DNA from: Erysipelotrichaceae bacterium | Lineage (GTDB): Bacteria > Bacillota_I > Bacilli_A > Erysipelotrichales > Erysipelotrichaceae | Assembly: GCA_030604855.1 (NCBI GenBank) | Contig: JAUVVC010000006.1 | Span: forward strand, 60,001 to 92,000 | Length of the DNA stretch: 32,000 nucleotides | Direction: 5' to 3' | Shown: piece by piece, positions 25,586-32,000 of the stretch | Layout: each line of letters begins with the position of its first letter | Position numbering within the stretch: position 1 is the stretch's first letter | Translations under genes and position numbers: made by a program | The notes under the pieces: generated by a model | Database searches by the model: none | Told to the model about the DNA's origin: nothing | What the model saw: the letters and a program-made list of their open reading frames with translations, nothing else

Positions 25586-25614
25586 TTGTAAAATATTGCA
25601 AGATTGACTATAAT
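25586..25614 (+). promoter_or_regulatory. Sigma-A type promoter of pduL
   Basis: TTGTAA (25586-25591), 17-nt spacer, TATAAT (25609-25614). AAAGGAG RBS follows. Confidence 0.5.
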
Positions 25615-25637
25615 AAAAGCGTTAAAAGGAGTTCACC

Positions 25638-26213
25638 ATGAGTAAAGAAATGATTTTAATTGAAGTATCAGCCCGTCACGTTCATGTGACAACAGAAGAT
25701 TTAGAAACATTATTTGGAAAAGGGTATCAATTGACCCCTAAAAAGGACTTATCCCAACCTGGCCAATATGCCGCTGCGGAACGTGTCGATCTCGTCGGTC
25801 CACGCTCAACCATCAAGAATGTCAGTATCTTAGGCCCTGTTCGCTCGGCTTCACAAGTTGAAGTGTCGATGTCCGATGCACGCACTTTGGGTTTGAATCC
25901 ATCGATTCGTGAATCTGGAAACATTGATGGGACGATCGGTGTCCAATTGGTGGGTCCTGCCGGATCCATTACTTTGGATAAAGGGTTGATCGTTGCGAAA
26001 CGTCATGTGCATTTGACACCAGAAGCAGCGGATGCGCAAGGTGTGGTGAATGGACAAGTCGTTGGAGTCAAAGTTCATACGGATGATCGCTCGATGACCT
26101 TCGGGGATGTCGTGATCCGTGTAAGTGAGAAATTTGCGCCTGCGATGCATATTGATACCGATGAAGCCAATGCGGCTGGCATCACTTCGACCGCTTGGGG
26201 CGAAATTGTCTAA
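25638..26213 (+). CDS. pduL: PduL-type phosphate acyltransferase (phosphate propanoyl/acetyltransferase)
   Basis: Duplicated PduL motifs: IEVSARHVHVT...GPR...NVSILGPVR and AKRHVHLTPEAA...VIRVSEKFAPAMHIDTDEANAAG. Confidence 0.85.
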   Translation: MSKEMILIEVSARHVHVTTEDLETLFGKGYQLTPKKDLSQPGQYAAAERVDLVGPRSTIKNVSILGPVRSASQVEVSMSDARTLGLNPSIRESGNIDGTIGVQLVGPAGSITLDKGLIVAKRHVHLTPEAADAQGVVNGQVVGVKVHTDDRSMTFGDVVIRVSEKFAPAMHIDTDEANAAGITSTAWGEIV

Positions 26214-26216
26214 AAT

Positions 26217-26237
26217 AACCGAGAATTCGGTTTTTTT
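26217..26237 (+). terminator. Rho-independent terminator after pduL
   Basis: AACCGA-GAAT-TCGGTT followed by TTTTT. Abuts the ygiQ ORF start. Confidence 0.6.
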
Positions 26238-28112
26238 ATGTTGAACATGCATCCGATCAATCAAAAAGAAATGCACGAAAAAGGCTGGGATTCAGTCGAT
26301 TTTGTGTTGGTGAGTGGGGATGCCTATGTGGATCATCCTTCTTTTGGGCATGCGATCATTGCCCGTGTCTTAGAAGCGTATGGATTTACCGTAGCCATAT
26401 GTCCGCAACCCGATTGGAAAAAAGATGAAGATCTACTTCAATTTGGGAAGCCAAATTATGGATACATGGTGACTGGTGGAAACATCGATTCAATGGTCAA
26501 TCATTATTCCGTGAATAAGAAACGACGTTTAAAAGATAATTATACCAATCATGGTGAGATGGGGAAACGTCCCGATCGTGCAACAATCGTGTACAGTCAA
26601 TGGATCCGTAAAGTCATGCCCAATGTGCCCATCATCATCGGAGGAATCGAGGCTTCTTTACGTCGCTTGGCGCATTATGATTATTGGGATGATAAGGTTC
26701 GTCAGTCCATTCTAATGGATTCCCAAGCGGATCTTTTGGTCTATGGCATGGCTGAGAATTCCATCATCGAAGTTGCGGAAGCGTTGCGTTCAGGCATGGC
26801 CATTGAAGACATCACTTACGTGCGAGGAACAGTTTGGAAGACAAAGACCAAAACCTTGCCTGAAAATGCCATCATCCTACCGAGTTTTTCAGACATCAAA
26901 CAAAGCAAGGATGAGTTCTCCAAATCTTTCTTGATTCAATATCGTAACACGGATGCTTTTACCGCCAAGCCTATGGTTGAGATGTATGGGAATGTGGCGA
27001 TCGTTCAAAACCAACCCTCCTTTGCTTTGAAGCAAGAGGAGATGGACTGGGTCTATGGACTACCGTTCACACGAAAGTTTCATCCGAGTTATACCGAGAT
27101 TCCTGCCATTGAAGAAGTCCAATTCTCATTGATCAGTAATCGAGGCTGTTTCGGCTCCTGCAGTTTTTGTGCATTGACTGCTCATCAAGGACGGATGATC
27201 AGCTCACGCAGCAGTGAATCCTTAATTAATGAAGCGAAACTGATTACCGAGATGCCCGACTTTAAAGGTTATATCCATGATGTGGGTGGACCAACGGCCA
27301 ACTTCAATCAAGTGAGTTGCCAGAAACAACTCAAACTGGGTACCTGTCAGACTAAAGAATGTCTCCATCCTGAACCCTGTCGTCAGTTGGAAGTCAGCCA
27401 CAGTGCTTACCTTCAAACCTTGAGACAACTCAGAGCTCTTCCAAAAGTGAAGAAAGTATTCGTTCGCTCAGGAATCCGTTATGACTACTTGATGTACGAT
27501 AAAGATGAAAGCTTCTTTGATGAGTTGATTCAACACCATATTTCAGGTCAATTGAAAGTTGCCCCGGAACACATTTCGGAGCGTGTCCTCAATTTGATGG
27601 GTAAACCGAAGCGTCAATTGTATGAAGCCTTTGTCGATAAATATGAAAAGAAGAACAAGGAATTCAATAAGAACCAGTTCTTGGTTCCGTATATGATTTC
27701 ATCCCATCCAGGCAGTGAGCTTAAGGATGCGATCGAATTGGCTTTATATCTTAAGAAAATCAAGCATACCCCCCAACAAGTCCAAGACTTCTATCCAACG
27801 CCTTTCACAATGAGCACCTGCATGTATTATACAGAGAAGAATCCTTTGACTGGTGAAAAGGTCTATGTGGCCAAGACGATCAAAGAAAAGACCTTACAAA
27901 GAGTTTTAATGCAATACACCTATCCACAGAACCAACGCTTGGTCTTTGAAGCACTCAGACAAGCCAATCGCTTGGATTTGGTGGGATTTGGCAATCATTG
28001 TCTGATTAGACCCTTGAAAGAAGGAGGACATCATGATCATTCAAAGCAGAAGAGTATGGCTTCAGGAACAATGGGCAAGCGTCCAAGTCGAAATCATAGG
28101 CCCAAGAATTGA
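26238..28112 (+). CDS. ygiQ: YgiQ family (UPF0313) radical SAM protein
   Basis: N-terminal EMHEKGWDSVDFVLVSGDAYVDHPSFG, radical-SAM cluster CFGSCSFC, and a basic C-terminal tail. The start may be ATG 26238 or 26247, and neither has an RBS. Confidence 0.85.
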   Translation: MLNMHPINQKEMHEKGWDSVDFVLVSGDAYVDHPSFGHAIIARVLEAYGFTVAICPQPDWKKDEDLLQFGKPNYGYMVTGGNIDSMVNHYSVNKKRRLKDNYTNHGEMGKRPDRATIVYSQWIRKVMPNVPIIIGGIEASLRRLAHYDYWDDKVRQSILMDSQADLLVYGMAENSIIEVAEALRSGMAIEDITYVRGTVWKTKTKTLPENAIILPSFSDIKQSKDEFSKSFLIQYRNTDAFTAKPMVEMYGNVAIVQNQPSFALKQEEMDWVYGLPFTRKFHPSYTEIPAIEEVQFSLISNRGCFGSCSFCALTAHQGRMISSRSSESLINEAKLITEMPDFKGYIHDVGGPTANFNQVSCQKQLKLGTCQTKECLHPEPCRQLEVSHSAYLQTLRQLRALPKVKKVFVRSGIRYDYLMYDKDESFFDELIQHHISGQLKVAPEHISERVLNLMGKPKRQLYEAFVDKYEKKNKEFNKNQFLVPYMISSHPGSELKDAIELALYLKKIKHTPQQVQDFYPTPFTMSTCMYYTEKNPLTGEKVYVAKTIKEKTLQRVLMQYTYPQNQRLVFEALRQANRLDLVGFGNHCLIRPLKEGGHHDHSKQKSMASGTMGKRPSRNHRPKN

Positions 28113-29175
28113 GCGGGTCCTCGCGTATAACCAAGAACCGGTGGATGTGGACTATGGGGATCTAAGGATTTATCCTGGCTTCATCGATACCCATCTTCAT
28201 GGCATCAAGGGTGTGGATGCGACCGATGCGGATGCGGAAACCTTGATTGAAATCGCAAAAGAGTTGCCTAAAGAAGGCATCACAGGCTTCTGTTTGACCA
28301 CGGTCACCCAAAGTGAAGATGTTCTTATGAAAGCTTTGAAAGAATGTGCGCATGCGATCAAGAATCAAAATGAAGGTTCTCAAATGTTGGGCATCCACTT
28401 TGAAGGCCCCTATCTCAATAAGATCTATAAAGGCGCACAGCCTGAACCTTTCATTGTCGATGCCGATCTGGAACAATTCAAACGTTACCAAGCCAGCGCT
28501 GAAGGCAACATCAAAATCATCACGATGGCACCTGAAAAAGACAAAGACTTCAGCTTGACACGCTACTGTGCTCAAAATGGGGTCTGTGTGAACATGGGAC
28601 ACAGTGACAGTAGCTATGAAACGGCACTCTTGGCATCTGCCAATGGGGCAAAAAGCATGACGCATACCTTCAATGCCATGTCTCCGTTGCATCATCGTAA
28701 AACTGGACTCGTTGGGGCGACAATGCGCTTGAGCAATGTCTATGCCGAAGTCATCGGTGATGGCAATCATGTGAGTTGGCCAGCGGTAAATATTCTTGCC
28801 AGAACCAAAGGAAAAGATCACCTTGTCTTGGTCAGTGATTCCTTGTGTGCCAAAGGCATGCCTGAAGGTGAGTTCGAACTGGGAGGGCAGATTCTGGACA
28901 TCCATGCCAATGGTGGAGCCTATCTCCATCATACTGAAACCTTGGCTGGAAGCACGATGGTCTACAACCATGGTTTGCGTAATCTGATCCAGAAAGCAGA
29001 GCTTCAGGAAGTCGTCGCCATCAATGCCTGCACCATCAATCCAGCTAAAATCTTACAACTTGAAGACCGCAAAGGCCTTATCAAAGCAGCATATGACGCG
29101 GATATCACCATCTTGGATGAAAACTATGATGTCGTAAGTACGATGATCTTAGGGAAAGTCGTTTATAATCGTTGA
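28033..29175 (+). CDS. nagA: N-acetylglucosamine-6-phosphate deacetylase
   Basis: PGFIDTHLHG metal-binding motif, HFEGPYLN, THTFNAM, AGST. Strong GAAGGAGGA RBS 6 nt before ATG 28033. Confidence 0.88.
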   Translation: MIIQSRRVWLQEQWASVQVEIIGPRIERVLAYNQEPVDVDYGDLRIYPGFIDTHLHGIKGVDATDADAETLIEIAKELPKEGITGFCLTTVTQSEDVLMKALKECAHAIKNQNEGSQMLGIHFEGPYLNKIYKGAQPEPFIVDADLEQFKRYQASAEGNIKIITMAPEKDKDFSLTRYCAQNGVCVNMGHSDSSYETALLASANGAKSMTHTFNAMSPLHHRKTGLVGATMRLSNVYAEVIGDGNHVSWPAVNILARTKGKDHLVLVSDSLCAKGMPEGEFELGGQILDIHANGGAYLHHTETLAGSTMVYNHGLRNLIQKAELQEVVAINACTINPAKILQLEDRKGLIKAAYDADITILDENYDVVSTMILGKVVYNR

Positions 29176-29219
29176 ATCGCTTTATTTTAGCGATCTAAAC
29201 TTGTAAAATTAAGATACAC

Positions 29220-30119
29220 ATGAAGCACATCTTCATCATCAACCCGACATCGGGCAAACATCATGCGATTCAACTGATTCCCGTCATCGAGCGTTATTTT
29301 GAGTCGCATTCAGACCCCTATTCAATCATTCGTACCGAGAGACCCGGTCATGCGACGGAGATCGCCAAACATTATAAAGCTGAGGATGATGTGACACTCT
29401 ATGTGCTCAGTGGCGATGGGACGGCCAATGAGGTTCTCAATGGTTTGAGACCCGATGTGCCCATGGCAGTGATCCCAGTGGGATCCGGCAATGATTTCTT
29501 TCGCGTGCTGGAAGTACCATTCATGCCTCTGGAACAGTTGCTCATCGAAACCATTGAAGGTAAGGAAGTCATCGTAGATTATGGGATGGCCAATAAACGT
29601 CGTTACTTGAACTGCTCATCCATGGGGTTCGATGCGGATATCGGCATCTATGCACATGCGATTAAAATGAAGTATCCGTTTCTATCCGGTCTCTCGTATG
29701 TCATCGCAACCATCGCATTGTTGATCAAACGCAAGCCGATGAAGATGCATCTTATATTCAACGATGAAGATATTGAAGTCGAGTGCCTCCTGGTTGCGAT
29801 CATGAATGGCCGCTTCTATGGGGGTGGTTTCAATCCGACACCCATGGCATCGATTCAAGATGGAAGTTTGGATCTGTGTGTCATCCGGAATACGAATCTC
29901 TTACGAATCTTAAGCCTATTACCCAAATTCAAAGTGGGTAAACACATTCATGAGGATATCGTAACATTTTATAAGATTAAAGCCTTGAAGCTCAGCAGTG
30001 CTGAAATCATCAATACCCAATGTGATGGGGAAGTCTACCCACAACAACATCTAGATTTTAAGCTTGTGGAACGTGGTCTGAAGCTACGAGTCCCACAACG
30101 TTCGCAATTAAAGGAGTGA
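29220..30119 (+). CDS. Diacylglycerol kinase family lipid kinase (YegS/DagK-like)
   Basis: MKHIFIINPTSGK N-terminus, SGDGTANEV and PVGSGNDF motifs of the DAGK catalytic domain. Confidence 0.8.
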   Translation: MKHIFIINPTSGKHHAIQLIPVIERYFESHSDPYSIIRTERPGHATEIAKHYKAEDDVTLYVLSGDGTANEVLNGLRPDVPMAVIPVGSGNDFFRVLEVPFMPLEQLLIETIEGKEVIVDYGMANKRRYLNCSSMGFDADIGIYAHAIKMKYPFLSGLSYVIATIALLIKRKPMKMHLIFNDEDIEVECLLVAIMNGRFYGGGFNPTPMASIQDGSLDLCVIRNTNLLRILSLLPKFKVGKHIHEDIVTFYKIKALKLSSAEIINTQCDGEVYPQQHLDFKLVERGLKLRVPQRSQLKE

Positions 30120-30123
30120 TGAA

Positions 30124-30972
30124 ATGATTCTAGAAAATGATCGATTTCGATTGGAAGTCAGCTTAAAAGCAGCCGAAATGCATTCGCTTGTGGATAAACG
30201 AACCCAAAAGGAATGGCTATGGCAAGGCGATCCGAACTTCTGGACGGGTCGTAATCCCGTTTTGTTCCCTATTGTCGGTTCAACCCATGATAAACTTTTG
30301 CACATCGAGGGTAGAACGTATCCGATTGGCAATCACGGGTTCTTACGGCATGCGATGTTCGATTTGATCGAACAAGATGATGAACACATTACCTTGGGAT
30401 TCACTTCCAATGCGGAAACCTTGGTTCAATATCCCTATGCATTCAATTTCGAAGTGGAATATCGTATCCATCCATTGGGAATCGATATCATCTATCGTAT
30501 CGAGAATCGTGATGAAAAGGGGATGCCATTCAACTTCGGTTTACATCCAGCCTTCAGCACCACTCACAATGGTGTGGAGGGCTCAATCGATATCGAATTC
30601 CCTTGTCATGAGGACAATCTTCCGAGTGAGATCCTCGTCAAAGGAGATAAGCCACTGTTGAAGTTTACCGATGCTTATTTTGAAGGGATGCCGACCTTGG
30701 TCTTGGATCAAGTTAATTCACCTTATGTTCGTTTGAAGGATGCGGGCGAGAGCATTCTCGTCAGTGTGCTGGGCTATCGTTGGCTGGCATTCTGGAAGAA
30801 ACCGAAGGCTCATTTCATTTGCATCGAACCGTGGTATGGACATGATGATTTCATTCCATTTGAGGGGGAATTCAAGGATCGTGAAGGTACGCAGTTCCTC
30901 GATCCAAAACTCAGCTTCACCACAACATATCAAATATTACCGGAAGGTAAAGAAGGAGCACGCCATGTTTAA
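30124..30972 (+). CDS. Aldose 1-epimerase family protein (LacX/YphB-like mutarotase)
   Basis: NPVLFPIVG...HGF...FNFGLHPAF...CIEPW pattern of the galactose-mutarotase-like fold. AAGGAG RBS. Confidence 0.78.
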   Translation: MILENDRFRLEVSLKAAEMHSLVDKRTQKEWLWQGDPNFWTGRNPVLFPIVGSTHDKLLHIEGRTYPIGNHGFLRHAMFDLIEQDDEHITLGFTSNAETLVQYPYAFNFEVEYRIHPLGIDIIYRIENRDEKGMPFNFGLHPAFSTTHNGVEGSIDIEFPCHEDNLPSEILVKGDKPLLKFTDAYFEGMPTLVLDQVNSPYVRLKDAGESILVSVLGYRWLAFWKKPKAHFICIEPWYGHDDFIPFEGEFKDREGTQFLDPKLSFTTTYQILPEGKEGARHV

Positions 30973-31690
30973 AGTCATCGTTTGTGAAGATTACGAAGCA
31001 ATGAGTCAGAAAGCATTTGAAGTCATGGAGTCCGTGGTCAAACAAGGACCTGTGACCTTGGGGCTGGCAACGGGTTCAAGTCCAGAGGGTCTCTATCGTT
31101 ATATGGTTGAGGCACATAAGAATGGTTTGTCGTACAAAGACGTTCAAAGTTTCAACTTAGATGAGTACGTTGGTTTGCCTCGCGATCATGCTCAAAGTTA
31201 CTATACCTTCATGTTTGAACATTTCTTCAAACATGTGGATATGAATCTTGAAAACATCCATTTGCCTAAGGGTGAAGGTTCACTTGAAGAAGTTGCGGAT
31301 GAGTATGAAAACTTATTGGCCAAGAATCCTCAAGATCTTCAATTGTTGGGCATCGGTTCCAATGGCCATATCGGTTTCAATGAACCGGGTACCAGCTTTG
31401 ATTCAACGGTTCATGTGATTCGTTTGAAAGAAACCACACGTAAGGACAATGCACGTTTCTTTGATTCTTTGGATGAAGTACCTCACTTTGCCATCACCAT
31501 GGGCATCAAGGACATCCTGCGTGCGAAGAAAATCTTGTTGGTTGCGTATGGCAAAAACAAAGCCCAAGCCATTAAACAAATGTTAGAAGGGGAAGTCCAC
31601 GAGGATGTACCATGCACCATCCTGCAGAAGCATCCGGATGTGGTGGTCGTCTTAGACAAAGAAGCGGCTTCATTACTCAAAAATGATTAA
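30965..31690 (+). CDS. nagB: Glucosamine-6-phosphate deaminase
   Basis: Start at ATG 30965 (MFKVIVCEDYEAMS, GAAGGAG RBS, ATGTTTAA overlap with the upstream gene). LGLATGSSP, FNLDEYVGL and LLGIGSNGHIGFNEPG are diagnostic. The ORF-track start at 30740 lies inside the upstream gene. Confidence 0.92.
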   Translation: MFKVIVCEDYEAMSQKAFEVMESVVKQGPVTLGLATGSSPEGLYRYMVEAHKNGLSYKDVQSFNLDEYVGLPRDHAQSYYTFMFEHFFKHVDMNLENIHLPKGEGSLEEVADEYENLLAKNPQDLQLLGIGSNGHIGFNEPGTSFDSTVHVIRLKETTRKDNARFFDSLDEVPHFAITMGIKDILRAKKILLVAYGKNKAQAIKQMLEGEVHEDVPCTILQKHPDVVVVLDKEAASLLKND

Positions 31691-32000
31691 ATTGATTGTC
31701 AGTGACTTAGACGGAACACTCTTAACACAATTCAAATCGGTATCCAAAGAGAACCAAGACGCCATACACGAGGCACAGAAACAAGGCATCATCGTAGCCT
31801 TGGCAACGGGACGTGGTCATGACAGTACGCATCAGTTCGCCAAAATGTTTGATTTTGCGAAATACAATGGGTATTTGGTGACCAACAATGGTCAACGTGT
31901 CATTGATGTTAAAAACGATACGACCACGATCAACGGTTATATTTCTATTGAGGAGGCACAAGCGGTCTTGAGTTTCGCTCAGAAACACAATCTGCAGTTG
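31683..32000 (+). CDS. Cof-type HAD-IIB hydrolase (3' end runs off the window)
   Basis: Hand translation: MIKLIVSDLDGTLLTQ...IIVALATGRG. It contains the HAD motif I DxDGT and stays open to the window end. ATGATTAA overlap with the nagB stop. Not in the ORF track because no stop falls within the window. Confidence 0.8.
   Translation, partial: MIKLIVSDLDGTLLTQFKSVSKENQDAIHEAQKQGIIVALATGRGHDSTHQFAKMFDFAKYNGYLVTNNGQRVIDVKNDTTTINGYISIEEAQAVLSFAQKHNLQL

Noticed and set aside
24101-26237. Similar ACCGAG-containing terminator hairpins at 24101-24126 and 26217-26237
   Set aside because: The shared core is only about 6-7 nt with different loops. This is consistent with chance similarity among GC-clamp terminators rather than a repeat family such as REP or MITE.
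25851-26276. 141-aa minus-strand ORF
   Set aside because: It is antisense to pduL and crosses the pduL terminator. No motifs. Shadow ORF.
28162-28971. 269-aa minus-strand ORF
   Set aside because: It is entirely antisense to nagA, whose identity is well supported by motifs. No recognisable domains. Typical antisense shadow of a coding region.
30740-30964. Long N-terminal extension of nagB in the ORF track
   Set aside because: It lies inside the aldose-epimerase gene in another frame. The true NagB N-terminus (MFKVIVCEDYEAM) begins at 30965 with a GAAGGAG RBS.
31722-31988. 88-aa minus-strand ORF at the window end
   Set aside because: The plus strand here encodes a clear HAD-IIB hydrolase (DLDGTLL motif) that is open to the window edge. 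The minus ORF is its antisense shadow.
1-32000. CRISPR arrays, rRNA genes, T-box or riboswitch leaders, group II introns
   Set aside because: No regularly spaced repeats were seen. No non-coding stretch exceeds about 180 nt, and none of the intergenic regions shows the conserved cores of these elements on inspection.

Overview
Chromosomal window from a low-GC, standard-code, apparently monoderm bacterium. TGA is used as a stop, lipobox lipoproteins are present, and no outer-membrane components appear. All calls come from motif and architecture recognition in the supplied translations, since no database search was possible. The window is densely coding and mostly housekeeping: nadE (5' partial), an AI-2E family transporter, type III glutamine synthetase, Nfu, a DUF212/PAP2 protein, an S1-domain protein, pgi, coaX, tRNA-His, an oppABCDF peptide transporter, a LapA-domain protein, class II fba, a PduL-type phosphotransacylase, a YgiQ radical-SAM protein, and a nagA / lipid kinase / aldose-epimerase / nagB / HAD cluster (3' partial). 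Two regions stand out. (1) 6921-13243 holds an apbE lipoprotein gene divergent from an rnfC-D-G-E-A-x-B operon with three non-canonical features. RnfD carries a complete extra RnfG-like module (TM anchor plus FMN_bind domain). An unassigned 64-aa four-cysteine membrane protein lies between rnfA and rnfB. RnfB is only 102 aa and has no ferredoxin-type domains. (2) 13293-17301 is a compact seven-gene Tad/Flp-type (type IVc) pilus-like locus. It encodes a CpaB-like protein, a TadA/CpaF ATPase, two TadB/C-like platform proteins, a 47-aa Flp-like pilin absent from the ORF track, and two TadE-like proteins. It has no prepilin peptidase, TadZ or secretin. All three pilin-like proteins lack any leader peptide, and in-frame stops just upstream rule out longer leaders. 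This suggests a peptidase-independent Tad variant and is the best candidate here for an undescribed system. No CRISPR array, transposase, integrase or rRNA was seen.
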